Shown one piece after another: positions 21,505 through 37,500 of a stretch of DNA of 64,000 nucleotides. Every line of letters starts with the position of its first letter. Positions within the stretch are counted from its first letter, which is position 1. A model generated the notes under the pieces. It saw only the letters and a list, made by a program, of their open reading frames with translations, did no database searches and was not told the DNA's origin. Location: the sequence record MH791411.1; one strand, 5' to 3'. Both the position numbers and the translations under genes were made by a program.

Positions 21505-22323
21505 TTAATTAGTTCGAGTATTATATTCGTACTCAAATGTATATACTAAATCTTTATCACAGTTTGGGTTACTTGCATCAAGAATATCACTGTTAGTAAT
21601 CATCCATTCAATATAGTTCAATGGAACAGTTTCCATTGGTTCGCCTTTGTGTTTACCAAATGGCATGAATTTATAACGCATTGGTGTATTACAGAATGTT
21701 ACGATTTGTTCACCAATGTCACCATTAGGGTCAATATGTCCACGTTCAATCGCAACTTCAATCAATTTGATTAGAACTTGATAACACATAAACACGTCAT
21801 CTTTTGCTGCGTGAGCATTGACTGCACGATGTACATCACGATAGCAACCAAATTTATACCACAAATAACTTAGAGTTAAGTTTTTAAATTCAGTGTCTTC
21901 TGCAAACATCTTCTTAGCTAAACGAAGGGTACAAATCCATTTATCTTCATCGAGCAAGTACTGCGAAACTGAGTTACGATATTTATATTCGTTATCTACC
22001 ATCATTCGGCGGTCAAATTGAACGTTGTGTCCAATAAAATAATTACGACACCCCATTAGTGCGTCAATGTTTTCTAAGTCATCTTTATAACCAATACAGT
22101 TTGCTACATCTTCAGTACTGATAAAATGCACAGCACTTGCTTCTGGTGGTATATCTTTTAGTGGTTTATAACGCAAAGTGTAGTTATCAATAGTATCAAT
22201 ATTCTCATGTGCATCGTGAGGATATGAAATACTAAATTCAATAATATCATCTTCACTTTCGACACCAGTTGTTTCGGTGTCTAGTACTGATACGTTTGAT
22301 AGGAACTCATCTAATTTTGTCAT
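21505..22323 (-). CDS. DEDD 3'-5' exonuclease (DnaQ/ExoX-like) with C-terminal MPFGKHKG (DUF3820-like) module
   Basis: LDTETTG, GHNVQFD, CTLRLAK, AHAAKDDV. Confidence 0.85.
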   Translation of the reverse strand: MTKLDEFLSNVSVLDTETTGVESEDDIIEFSISYPHDAHENIDTIDNYTLRYKPLKDIPPEASAVHFISTEDVANCIGYKDDLENIDALMGCRNYFIGHNVQFDRRMMVDNEYKYRNSVSQYLLDEDKWICTLRLAKKMFAEDTEFKNLTLSYLWYKFGCYRDVHRAVNAHAAKDDVFMCYQVLIKLIEVAIERGHIDPNGDIGEQIVTFCNTPMRYKFMPFGKHKGEPMETVPLNYIEWMITNSDILDASNPNCDKDLVYTFEYEYNTRTN

Positions 22324-22340
22324 TTTATTCTCGCATAGAA

Positions 22341-22362
22341 AAAGGACGCGTAATGCGTCCTT
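22341..22362 (-). terminator. Hairpin after uvsY
   Basis: AAGGACGC-GTAAT-GCGTCCTT with A tract. Confidence 0.7.
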
Positions 22363-22370
22363 ATGGATAG

Positions 22371-22832
22371 TTATTCTAAACGTGCATCTTCAATACCAGC
22401 AGCACGTAGTCTCACAATATTGTTTAACTGAAAAGCTTTCATCTCTAAGGATTTAACAATACTGGAAAACGTATTACGGATATATGATACTTCATTTATT
22501 AGTTCGGATAATTCACAAACTTCTTTATCACCTTCAACATACTTTTTACAGTCAGAAGATGAGAGTGCTCGACGATATGCTTCAAGGAAATATTTAAACT
22601 TTTCAGCTTGTAGTTGACGCATTTCAATTTCTAGCATTTCAAGTACCGCTTCTAGTTCTTGAAGCTGACTGAGACGAGTCTCATGCCAGCCTGGAATCTC
22701 CTGAGCAATCTTTTCAATGATGCCAATCTTTTTAACTTCACGACGAGCTTCTTCAGTTTCTTTTTCGAAGTGTTCAATCATGTCGATTATTTTAGATTTA
22801 TCATCTTTGATGATCCAATGCCAAGGTTTCAT
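22371..22832 (-). CDS. uvsY: UvsY recombination mediator
   Basis: Helical ~150-aa protein after uvsX; KKYVEGD and SLEMKAFQLNNIVRLRAAG. Confidence 0.85.
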   Translation of the reverse strand: MKPWHWIIKDDKSKIIDMIEHFEKETEEARREVKKIGIIEKIAQEIPGWHETRLSQLQELEAVLEMLEIEMRQLQAEKFKYFLEAYRRALSSSDCKKYVEGDKEVCELSELINEVSYIRNTFSSIVKSLEMKAFQLNNIVRLRAAGIEDARLE

Positions 22833-23950
22833 TATTCCTCACTACTTCCAATATCAGTACCAAATGATTCATCACCTTTTTCTTCTTCTTTGACTTCTTC
22901 AATCAAAGGGTGACGTTTGAATTGATTCATAACTAAATCAAGACAAGAATCTTCATTACGCATCCATTCTTTACGATATTTTAGAATCTGTTCACCAGTG
23001 TCAATATCAACGTACATTAGACGGTTACCAGATTTAACGATAAGTTCATATTTCTCGAACATATCTAGTAGACCACTGCGTGGGTCCATACCTTTATCCC
23101 AAGGAATTTTAATCTCAACATCTTCAAATGGTTTGTTGTAACGAGTCTTCATGACTTTACATTTAGAACGAATACCACTTACATCTGAAGTCTTGTTGCC
23201 TTCTTCATCTTCTTTAAGTTTTAGTTTACCCATTGCGATAACCATAGAAGATGCATAAATCAAACCACTACCACCAGATACTTTTGGATCAGGGTTGAAC
23301 ATATCTTGGGATTCATAACTATGGTTTACACAAACCATACCAATGTTAAGTGAACCAATCGAGTTTACGCAGTTGGTGATGTAAGCTTTAAGCTGTTTAG
23401 GTTTGTGACCCATATCACCTTTCAAGTTACCAGCTTTCATCTGGTCATTAGCAACTTCAGTATTCAACATACCAATTGAGTCGATAATGAATAATACTTT
23501 TTGACGTTCTTCTTTAGGAGTATTTTCGTATTCTTTACGATACCCTTCGATGAACTCATAGGTAAATTTAGCAACATCACCAATCATACCCATGTTTACT
23601 TTTAGTAGTTTTTCTTCTGAAGTGTCTACACCTAGTGCTTGTAGCCAATCTGAATCCAATGCGTTCTCGGAATCAATCATAACAACAAAGATACCTTGTT
23701 GTTGTGCTTCACGGGCGATGTTTCCAGAAACGATAAATGATTTACCAGAACCAGATTCACCAGCAAACATTGTTACTTTACCTAGTGGAATACCACGGTC
23801 AAAATAACCACTAATACGATAGTTCAAAGCAAAGTTACCAGTACTAATCCATGTATCAGGATCATGAAAGCCTACGCTAACACCAGTATTCTTTTTAACG
23901 CTACCAGTACTATTTTTTAGAATGTTTGCAAAACCACTTGTCATTTTCAT
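22832..23950 (-). CDS. uvsX: UvsX/RecA-like recombinase
   Basis: WISTG, Walker A GESGSGKS, IDSENALD, IDSIG, KTRYNKPF. Confidence 0.95.
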   Translation of the reverse strand: MKMTSGFANILKNSTGSVKKNTGVSVGFHDPDTWISTGNFALNYRISGYFDRGIPLGKVTMFAGESGSGKSFIVSGNIAREAQQQGIFVVMIDSENALDSDWLQALGVDTSEEKLLKVNMGMIGDVAKFTYEFIEGYRKEYENTPKEERQKVLFIIDSIGMLNTEVANDQMKAGNLKGDMGHKPKQLKAYITNCVNSIGSLNIGMVCVNHSYESQDMFNPDPKVSGGSGLIYASSMVIAMGKLKLKEDEEGNKTSDVSGIRSKCKVMKTRYNKPFEDVEIKIPWDKGMDPRSGLLDMFEKYELIVKSGNRLMYVDIDTGEQILKYRKEWMRNEDSCLDLVMNQFKRHPLIEEVKEEEKGDESFGTDIGSSEE

Positions 23951-23977
23951 AATTCGCTCCTTGAATTTTATGAAATA

Positions 23978-24003
23978 AAACGGGGCAAACTCCGTTGCCC
24001 CTT
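23978..24003 (-). terminator. Hairpin after ssb
   Basis: GGGGCAA-loop-TTGCCCC with A tract. Confidence 0.65.
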
Positions 24004-24019
24004 AACTTTTCAAATACTA

Positions 24020-25087
24020 TTACTTACCTTGTTGTTTCAAACGAGCAACTAGTGCAGATGCAGAAAGTTGTTCTTTTGGAGCTTCAGCTACTGGTGCTGG
24101 TGCAGCAGCTACTGGTTCAGCAGCAGGAGTAGGAGTAGCTACTGGTGCTTGCGGAGCAGGAGTTTGTGCAGGAGCAGGTTGTTGTACTGGAGCTTGTGGA
24201 GCAGGTTTGTTTTCACTAATAGTACCAGTTGTTGGTTTTTGTACACCTGCTGGACGGTAAGCGAAAGCCCAACGTGCAGGGTCATAAGGTTTACCATCAA
24301 CAGATGCTTCGAACATTTCTTCGATAGCTTTTAGTTCTTCTGGAGTTGGTTGTTTTGGCATAAAATCATTTAGATTATATAGACCAAACTTTTCAATCGC
24401 TGCCAGTTCTTCTTCATTGAGTGGACGCTCGGACATGGAGAATTGAGACATGTCATAGCTATTGTAACCACCACCATTCTTAGTTTTAACAATACCAAAG
24501 TCACGACCGTGAATGTAGTGAGTTGGTAGTTCTTTGATGCCTGGGTTTAGCAGGATAGATTTAACTTTATCAAAGATATCTTTGTTAGCTAGGATACGAC
24601 GGATTGGGTTTTCTGGAGCAATATCGTCTTTTACTGCTACGCTATCAGGAGCAACGAAACATTGCATTAGATAGGTTTTCTTTTTCCAGTAACGACCAGC
24701 CATTGCTTTCAGTTCTTCGTTTCCAGTTTCATTCGCACTTTGGAACCATTGACGTACTTCTTTAAGAATTGGACATGATTTAGGAACCCACATTTCGTTA
24801 CATGGTACTTGAACGGTAACTTTATCGGTGTGCATACCAACAATACCTTGGAACGTTAGGTTGATCATATCACGTTCACGCCAGAAGAATGGGTTAGACT
24901 CATCAGCATCTGGTAGAAAACGTAGGTTTAGTGGTTCATTGTAAGGGACATTCCAGAAAGCTAGGAAAGAATCGGCTTTACGTTCACCTGTAAATGTACC
25001 ATTCTTCTGTGCTTCTGCTTTTTCTTGTTCAGCTTTTAGTTTTGCACGAATTTCAGCTAGAGTTTGCATATTGGGCTTCCTTGTCAT
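24020..25087 (-). CDS. gp32: Single-stranded DNA-binding protein (gp32-like) with a P/A/Q-rich linker
   Basis: LRFLPDAD, CPILKE, RYWKKKTY, GRDF, YNSYDMSQF. Confidence 0.85.
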   Translation of the reverse strand: MTRKPNMQTLAEIRAKLKAEQEKAEAQKNGTFTGERKADSFLAFWNVPYNEPLNLRFLPDADESNPFFWRERDMINLTFQGIVGMHTDKVTVQVPCNEMWVPKSCPILKEVRQWFQSANETGNEELKAMAGRYWKKKTYLMQCFVAPDSVAVKDDIAPENPIRRILANKDIFDKVKSILLNPGIKELPTHYIHGRDFGIVKTKNGGGYNSYDMSQFSMSERPLNEEELAAIEKFGLYNLNDFMPKQPTPEELKAIEEMFEASVDGKPYDPARWAFAYRPAGVQKPTTGTISENKPAPQAPVQQPAPAQTPAPQAPVATPTPAAEPVAAAPAPVAEAPKEQLSASALVARLKQQGK

Positions 25088-25156
25088 TAGTTTGTTTGTT
25101 AAGTTTTAACGGGCTATTAACGTTGATTTGTCTTCATTGACTCATCAACAATTTAC

Positions 25157-25184
25157 ATTATATCATGGGATTTTTAACCGTCCC
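25157..25184 (-). promoter_or_regulatory. Phage promoter GGGACG-N16-TATAAT
   Basis: TGA extended -10; upstream of ssb-uvsX-uvsY. Confidence 0.7.
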
Positions 25185-25242
25185 AAGGTTTTTTTACTCT
25201 GTTTGTCAAGGCTCATTGCCCTGACAAACATCATTATATCAC

Positions 25243-30487
<5,245 letters not shown>

Positions 30488-30494
30488 AGATTTG

Positions 30495-30564
30495 ATAAAT
30501 AATATCATAGAGATCAGGGAATATTGCCTTAAATTTAAATGTGGTTTATATTTTTTGATAAATA
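30495..30564 (+). promoter_or_regulatory. Two late boxes (ATAAATA at 30495-30501 and 30558-30564)
   Basis: Upstream of two highly expressed paralogs. Confidence 0.55.
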
Positions 30565-30610
30565 ATATTAAGCAGGGTGTTCCTGCACAAAATTTGACAA
30601 GGAGATTTTT

Positions 30611-31210
30611 ATGAGTCTTAATTCTTTTAACCGTAACTATGGTATGTCTGCTACTGCTCGTGAATACTGGGGTGGTAACAATGGTTTCGTAACCATCGTT
30701 GTTGATCTACCAGCAGATGTTGAAGTTGGTACTACCGCTGTTACTTCTGACGGTTCCGAAATTCAAGATGAAGCACTACAAACTGCAATCAGTAATGCTC
30801 AATACAACCAATTCATGATTACCCAACTACTACAACAACGTGCAGTACTAGTTACTACTTCCGTACTAGCTCTAGACACCGCTGTTGTTATCCCTGCTGA
30901 CTTTAAAACAGTTGGTGGTAACGTAATCGCGTTTGGTACTAGTGGTGCTGATGTTGCGGGTGGTGCTGGTTCTGTTGCTCTAACCTTCATCTGTGAACGT
31001 CAAGACGTATTTGACAAACAAGAAGTTCGCCCAGGTGCTGCTTACTCTGTTCCAGTTGATCCAACTGTTGAACTAGCTAAAGCAATTGCACAAGCTAAAT
31101 TCTTCCGTACCAAATCTTATGTTGCTCTAGGTACTGATGGTGTTGGTGATGCTGCTGCGGCTGACGCTGTTGCAATTAAAGTTCGTGCTGCTCTACCAGT
31201 ACAACTATAA
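30611..31210 (+). CDS. Probable abundant virion (decoration-type) protein, paralog 1
   Basis: A/V/G-rich, MCP-like codon usage, late promoter. Confidence 0.65.
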   Translation: MSLNSFNRNYGMSATAREYWGGNNGFVTIVVDLPADVEVGTTAVTSDGSEIQDEALQTAISNAQYNQFMITQLLQQRAVLVTTSVLALDTAVVIPADFKTVGGNVIAFGTSGADVAGGAGSVALTFICERQDVFDKQEVRPGAAYSVPVDPTVELAKAIAQAKFFRTKSYVALGTDGVGDAAAADAVAIKVRAALPVQL

Positions 31211-31225
31211 TAGGGGGACTACAAT

Positions 31226-31915
31226 ATGTCTAATACTAATACTTCTTTTGAACGTATCAATGGTTATTCCTTTGATAAAATTCTAGGTTACTTCTGTGGT
31301 AAAAACGCCCTAGCATCTATCGCAATTAGTAAAATTGGTAATGTTAACGTGCGTGTTACTGGTGCAGTTGGTTCTTTCGCTGGTCTACAACGTTTCCTAA
31401 ACACTGACGTAGCTGATGAAATCGTTGCATATCTAAACGAAAAAGGTATCATCCGTATCGATGGTACTCCATTTGAAGCAGCAACTCTAGAAGCTGATTA
31501 TAACGCTGCTTACGCTGCACAAACTAACGTTAAACGTATCGTTGATGTTGTTCAACAACGTGCAGTTATCATCGCTACTTCCGAAATCGCTGGCAACGAC
31601 GCTGACCCATTCGCAGTTACTGGTTTTACCAACGCTGCTGACGGTATCCTAAGTGTTGGTGCTGTTGATATCGCTAGTGCTTCAGTAGTTACTTTCCTCG
31701 TTGAACGTGCTAACGTATTTGATAAAGATATTCAATCTTTCCAAGGCGTTCCAAGTACTGAAATCGAAGAAGGCCGTCTACTAATTGATGACCTAACCGC
31801 AGTTCCACTACTCGCTAAAGATGGTGTTACTGAAGTTGTTCTACGTTCCCAAGCTGCTGATGCTGCTGGTGACTTCGGTATCAAACTATTCAAATTCATC
31901 CCAGCGATGGTTTAA
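31226..31915 (+). CDS. Probable abundant virion protein, paralog 2
   Basis: Shares QQRAV..TS and TF..ER..VFDK with paralog 1. Confidence 0.65.
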   Translation: MSNTNTSFERINGYSFDKILGYFCGKNALASIAISKIGNVNVRVTGAVGSFAGLQRFLNTDVADEIVAYLNEKGIIRIDGTPFEAATLEADYNAAYAAQTNVKRIVDVVQQRAVIIATSEIAGNDADPFAVTGFTNAADGILSVGAVDIASASVVTFLVERANVFDKDIQSFQGVPSTEIEEGRLLIDDLTAVPLLAKDGVTEVVLRSQAADAAGDFGIKLFKFIPAMV

Positions 31916-31932
31916 TAAATTAAAGATAAAAG

Positions 31933-31962
31933 AAAAGGAGAGCTTTTGCTCTCCTTTTTTTA
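31933..31962. terminator. Bidirectional terminator
   Basis: AAAAGGAGAGC-TTTT-GCTCTCCTTTT. Confidence 0.85.
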
Positions 31963-32712
31963 TTTGTATGAACGGAACCCTTCAGGTAAACCAGGTAGAT
32001 TCTCTAACCCTTCGTTCGCATTCACTAGCTTTACGTCATAATCATCACTGAAATCATCCGTAGCTAGTTTACGCCCCATGTCTCTAACGAAGTTGTCAAT
32101 AATTTCTTCTTCGTCATTGCCTGGATGACCTTCCGCTTTTAACTTTTTCCAAAAGTATTCATTATAATCAAAAACAAATTCAACTTCATTTGTTTCTGGA
32201 TTAAGTACTACATCCAAATCAATCCAAGGTTCTTTACGTAAAGTAAAGATTTCCTTTGAATACTCTTGTTGTGTAATCTCTTCATAACGATATGCAAACT
32301 CGATAGCTTTAAGACGTTTGTCATCACCATCAGGCATTAGTTCGATTACTTCCATATCATACTCTTTTTGAGTAATTGCACCAGTACTTAATTTAGCATC
32401 AAGTAATTTTACATTATACTCATCACGGGTAATCTTGGAATACTTCAATTGTACATCTGCCTGTGCTATTAGATAATCAAGAGTTTCTAATACATTGTAT
32501 TTCTTTTTGATATCCAACTGTGCTACATCAACTTCATATGGTGTTAGATATGTAAGTTCTGCAACTAACATATCAGCTTCATAATCATCGTTATAGTAGT
32601 ATGCTTTCGCAATCTCTTTCGCTTTACCAGAAAGTCCCCAATGAGCGGGGACCATCCAGAAAGGAATAAACCTTTTTTTAGCCATTTGATTTCTTACCAA
32701 AAATTTCTTCAA
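31960..32712 (-). CDS. Hypothetical protein
   Basis: Clean ORF; internal ITxxEY repeats; EPW...FDYNEYF. Confidence 0.7.
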   Translation of the reverse strand: MKKFLVRNQMAKKRFIPFWMVPAHWGLSGKAKEIAKAYYYNDDYEADMLVAELTYLTPYEVDVAQLDIKKKYNVLETLDYLIAQADVQLKYSKITRDEYNVKLLDAKLSTGAITQKEYDMEVIELMPDGDDKRLKAIEFAYRYEEITQQEYSKEIFTLRKEPWIDLDVVLNPETNEVEFVFDYNEYFWKKLKAEGHPGNDEEEIIDNFVRDMGRKLATDDFSDDYDVKLVNANEGLENLPGLPEGFRSYK

Positions 32713-32980
32713 TTTTCATCACATAATATGTGTCTTCACCACCACCAAGATCTTCAGTGATAGGAGTGTTTAGTGATGAACGACCGAATACAACCATATC
32801 ACCAACACAAATATTATGTTCTGCAATTTGCCCATTAGGTAGTACTTTACCTTCACCAACTGAAATCACCATACCAACACATGGTGGTTCCACGTTTCCT
32901 AGGATAATACCACCAGTACTTTTATTCTGTGCTTCAATTTGACGAACCAGTACATAATCGTTAATCATTTTAATTTTCAT
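32678..32980 (-). CDS. groES: GroES co-chaperonin
   Basis: DYVLVR...KSTGGIIL...VISVGEG...VGDMVVF...MKIEEIFG. Confidence 0.9.
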   Translation of the reverse strand: MKIKMINDYVLVRQIEAQNKSTGGIILGNVEPPCVGMVISVGEGKVLPNGQIAEHNICVGDMVVFGRSSLNTPITEDLGGGEDTYYVMKIEEIFGKKSNG

Positions 32981-32981
32981 A

Positions 32982-33188
32982 TCAGTAACCTCCAGTGTTT
33001 GCAAACCATTTACCACGGAAATAAAGATTTGCACCTTTATCACCTGGGGTAAAAACTTCCAACTTCATAGTCTTCTCACCATTACATTGAGGACAATCAT
33101 GAGGTTCTTCACGATTGGCAATTTTTACAATCTTTTCTAAACTGTGTTTACATTCTTCTTTTTCACAACGATATGTATATAATGGCAT
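32982..33188 (-). CDS. FmdB-family zinc-ribbon protein
   Basis: MPLYTYRC..C...CPQC...FRGKWF. Confidence 0.8.
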   Translation of the reverse strand: MPLYTYRCEKEECKHSLEKIVKIANREEPHDCPQCNGEKTMKLEVFTPGDKGANLYFRGKWFANTGGY

Positions 33189-33224
33189 TTTTTGTCTTCC
33201 TTTACTTATTTTTAAATCAAAAAT

Positions 33225-33246
33225 TTGGGGAACTCCATGTTCCCCA
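33225..33246 (-). terminator. Hairpin after the clamp gene
   Basis: TGGGGAAC-loop-GTTCCCCA. Confidence 0.6.
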
Positions 33247-33255
33247 TTATTTATA

Positions 33256-33987
33256 TTAGCAACCTGTTACGTAAATCTTGTATACCGCAATACCAGTGTC
33301 TAGAGTTACGTTTAGCATACCAGTTTTGGTAATACCTAGGGTAACAGATTCTGCGTTAGAAACGCGGGATAGAGCTTGTAGAACACGGTCAATGTTATAA
33401 CCAAAACCAAGACCTAGTTCACCTTCAGTTTTAGAGAATGCTAGTGCACCAACGTGGTTACTTTTGTTCTTCTCACCAACGTGGAAGTAAAGAGTATCAC
33501 CTTCAGTGTATGGAGTTACTAGAGAACTGAAAGATTTAAACACACCAGAGAAGCTTTTTAGTTCCTGAACTTTAGCTGCACTAGGTGTAACCTGTACGTC
33601 ATATGGTTGTTCGTGGAAACGAGGCTGGGCTGGAATTAGTTTTTCTGGTTGAACCATGAAAGTAGTACTTGCATCTTCTGCTTTGAATGCTAGGCTCTTA
33701 ACTGCACCATCTTTCAAGTTAGAAGTGATAGTAGTTCCTTCAGTACTATAAGTTTTTAGAGACATTAGACCCTGTAGAAGACCTAGGTTACCAAGACCAA
33801 AACGACCTTGAACTTCTGGTACGTCTTCTTTAGTGTGAGCACGCATAACTAGGGTGCGGTCATCGGTGTATGCTTCCATGTAAACACGCTGTCCATCACC
33901 ACGGTCTTCACTGCTAACTGCGATACAAGAAAAGTCGATGCCGTTGGTAGTGTTAACTAGGTCACGTAGTACGTTGCGTAGATCCAT
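33256..33987 (-). CDS. gp45: Probable sliding clamp (gp45-like)
   Basis: 243 aa with alternating beta/alpha pattern, FGLGNLGLL, located next to the polymerase. Confidence 0.6.
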   Translation of the reverse strand: MDLRNVLRDLVNTTNGIDFSCIAVSSEDRGDGQRVYMEAYTDDRTLVMRAHTKEDVPEVQGRFGLGNLGLLQGLMSLKTYSTEGTTITSNLKDGAVKSLAFKAEDASTTFMVQPEKLIPAQPRFHEQPYDVQVTPSAAKVQELKSFSGVFKSFSSLVTPYTEGDTLYFHVGEKNKSNHVGALAFSKTEGELGLGFGYNIDRVLQALSRVSNAESVTLGITKTGMLNVTLDTGIAVYKIYVTGC

Positions 33988-34054
33988 TATATAATTCTCC
34001 GTTTTATTTGTTAATCAAAAATGTTTTTGTATGCTTCAGATTACTACAAGCACC

Positions 34055-34082
34055 ATTATATCTCGTGAATGATGCTTGTCTC
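34055..34082 (-). promoter_or_regulatory. Phage promoter GAGACA-N16-TATAAT
   Basis: Exact -35 and -10 boxes upstream of the clamp. Confidence 0.75.
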
Positions 34083-34091
34083 AATTTTTTA

Positions 34092-34394
34092 TCAGTATTT
34101 TGTGTTCCAACGTTTAAGGTACGGCTTATCAGCGTTTACACCTGCACCAATGTTGAATTTGTAACGTAGATGTTCTAAGTCTTTTAACGTGTTAACATCT
34201 TCAACAATGACAACTTTGCGTTTCTTTTCAATAGAATAGACGTCAACAATCTCACCGTCAATTTCAACAGAACCAGTTCTGGTGAAACCAGCAGACATTA
34301 GAACAACTTCATCATCATTATTGTATGCAAGTACTGAATTTACGATAGTACTATCTTCCAGTACTGCACCAACACGCTTATAGATATTTTCCAT
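34092..34394 (-). CDS. Hypothetical protein
   Basis: GGAG RBS before MENIYK. Confidence 0.65.
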   Translation of the reverse strand: MENIYKRVGAVLEDSTIVNSVLAYNNDDEVVLMSAGFTRTGSVEIDGEIVDVYSIEKKRKVVIVEDVNTLKDLEHLRYKFNIGAGVNADKPYLKRWNTKY

Positions 34395-34395
34395 A

Positions 34396-34536
34396 TTACT
34401 CTCCTTGGGATGCACTCCATAAAACGTACTGTTCCCACGCCTCGTTAACACTGTCCTCAGACAGTGCCAGTGATTCATCAGATAATACGTCATTTACTTC
34501 GTCATATTTTAGTTTAGTTTCGTCTGCAATAATCAT
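34396..34536 (-). CDS. Small acidic hypothetical protein (46 aa)
   Basis: AAGGA RBS; fills the gap after the polymerase. Confidence 0.5.
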   Translation of the reverse strand: MIIADETKLKYDEVNDVLSDESLALSEDSVNEAWEQYVLWSASQGE

Positions 34537-34546
34537 AATATTTTCC

Positions 34547-37500
34547 TTACCAGGTGAAGAATCCGTTATTAACGGCTGCTGTGCTTTTCTCATGAATACC
34601 AATATCCATATCCAGAATACCAAAAATGTTTTCTAATTTTTTAGTTAGAACTATTTCTTCCATTTTCTCTGTATCAAATGGTAGTTCTAAGAACCATTCA
34701 GGTAGATATTCCACACAGTCAATTGGGTAACCTACTGCTTTGATACCCATCGGGTTATCTTTTAAGTTACATACAATTACTTTTGTACCGTCAGTTACTT
34801 CAGGTACAGTTTTGTCATCATATACTTCACGTAGACGGTTCCATTGAATACCTGCTAATACGTGACCAACTTTACATTTACCAGAAACTTCATATTCTGC
34901 TTCTAAGTTGGTATAGTTCTTAACAGTTTTCGGTGAACCCTTTTCGTGTACAGGCATGTCTTTAAATACCTCTTTAAAGTCACGTACACGCTGTTTAAGT
35001 TGAGCTTCAGACTCACCCACCAGCAATGCAATTAGAGTCTCTTCTAGGAAGTTCTGGATGTATTTTGGCGTATCTGAACGTTTAATTTCAAGACCCATCG
35101 CTTTAATTTCACCAGGCTTTCCATCAACATCTTTACGGAAACCATCTTCCCAGTACTTGAGAATTGCATAACGCTTTTTCTTCAGGAATAGACCACGGGA
35201 ACCGACCATCTCTAGGTCTGCACCAACAATCTTACCTTTCTCAATACCAGTATTGAACATTTCGTTCATGAATGAAGGGAATGATTCACCAACTTCATCA
35301 CCGATTTTGATATACATGTCAACGATTTCTTCTTTCGAAAGATTATATGGAATACCTTGTTCTTTCAGATAATGAGTTACACTGAAGTAAACAGAGTCAG
35401 TATCACCGTAAATCACAGAGCCACCTTGGTGATTATAAACGCCAGTAGTGATTTCATTGATACGGCTTGCCATATGTTTAGTCATAGAACGACCAGTTAA
35501 GGTAACGGACTGACCTAAACGTTTATCAAAGAAACGTGAACCTTTGTTCAATAGTGCACCATATAGACTGTTTAGAAGAATCTTACGAATTTGCTGGTTC
35601 TGTTTCCAGAATGCACTTTGCTGTTTGAAGTAATTCTTATCTTCCGTTGCACAGAAAATACGACCATCTTTCAGTACTAAACCATTTTCCACAATGAGTT
35701 TTGCAACTTCTTCCCATTGACCTTTACCAATAGCAATACGTAATAGATAAACAGGATCATTGTCATGTAAGTTTGTACGGAACATTGTACCACTTGTGTA
35801 GTTAGATAGCAAAGGTTCAACCTTCTCAGAACCATTGAATTCCCACCCATCACTATACATGTGTTTGTAGTCGATTACCATTTTTTGTTGTGCTTTACGC
35901 TCAGAATACCATTGAGTAAGAATATCTGGAATTACACCATACTTAGACTTATCAAAAAGTGTTCCGTTAGCACTTAGTACAATAGTACTGTCTTCAGCAA
36001 AGATAATATCATACAATTCTTTACCAGTTGCATTGAACGAACTACCATCTTCTAAATCAACAATCAAAGTTTTGTCAGATTTTTCATGAACCATTGTAAA
36101 TTCTACAGCAGCAAATAAACCATGCCATGCAGCGGTCCAATCAGGTTCAAACGCTTTAGATTTGGATTTAGCTTTTTGCTCTTGTACTTTAGCAGCAAGA
36201 TATGCATCAGTGTAGTCTTGACGAAGTTGTCCAAGAATACATTCAGTACTCATGCCAAGTGTACGTAGTACAGTTGGATACAATGAGTTAAAGTCTGTAC
36301 ATCCCAAATCGCTAACAAGGCCAAGAACTGGATCTTGAACCCATGCACCAGCAGCTTTTGCACTGATTTTCTCATCTTCTTCATCACCTTCTTCACCATA
36401 GTACTCCATCTCTGGATCTAACTCAATATCATCTTTCGGTGCTTTGTTAAAAACAACTTCACCGCGACTGTGAGCAAGGTTGATGATAGCAGTGTCGATT
36501 AGTGCAACCGAACCCATTGTAGTACTAATTAGTACACATTCTTTATGAGCAAGACGGTTGTGCAGGTTGATAAAGTCACATTTAGCATCAATTTTCTTTA
36601 GAAGAATACTATCCTGCTTAGAATAACGCAAGAATGTAATGTAATCTTCACGGTATAGTTTATCCAATGAACCTTCATAGGATACTTTGTTTTCTTTAGT
36701 TACCTTTTCAGCAATATAATCTAGTTTGTACGACTGTTCAACTTGACCAGCATGTTTCTTATAAAGAGCAAGATAGTCTAAGTGTACGCGTCCAATAAGA
36801 TCATATGTTACTACAGTTTTACCAAAGTTATCAGCTTCACGAGCATTTGGTTTTTTATTCCACAAGCACCAACGAGCAGTAGTTGCTTCGTTGAAGATTT
36901 TCTTGGTACGGTTTACCATATATGGAATATCAAAGAATTCACTGTTCCAACCTGAAATTACATCAGAGTCATCGATTAGACTAAAGAACTCCATAAACAT
37001 TTCTTTCTCATCCGTATAAAGGATGACAGTACTGTTAGGGTCGTTAGTTTCTTCGTTTAACTGACGAACAATATCTTGTGCTTCGTACATTTCCATATCA
37101 GTTGGTGGCAAAGTCAGTACATAATCCTTACCAGTCCATGATTGATATAGAGAAATTGCAGTTACGCGGTTGAATGGATCTGATGGTGGAGCATAACCAA
37201 ACTTCTTATGGAAGTCGGTTTCGATATCGAAAAATGCTACGTTCAAATCCGGCGAACCTTTACCCATGTATTCTCTAGCCAACGTTTTGAAGGTAATGTT
37301 GCAATCACTTTCAAAAATACGTAGACCTTCATTTTTATGTTGCTCAACGCTTTTATTCATCTGTGATTGAGTTTCAAACTCCAAATGCTTTGCGTTGGTT
37401 CCATAAATTGTTTTGTGTTCACCAGTAGGAGATTCAACATAATATTCATATACTGGGTCCAACTGACGTAGAATACGTTTACCGTTTTTACGTTCTGCTA

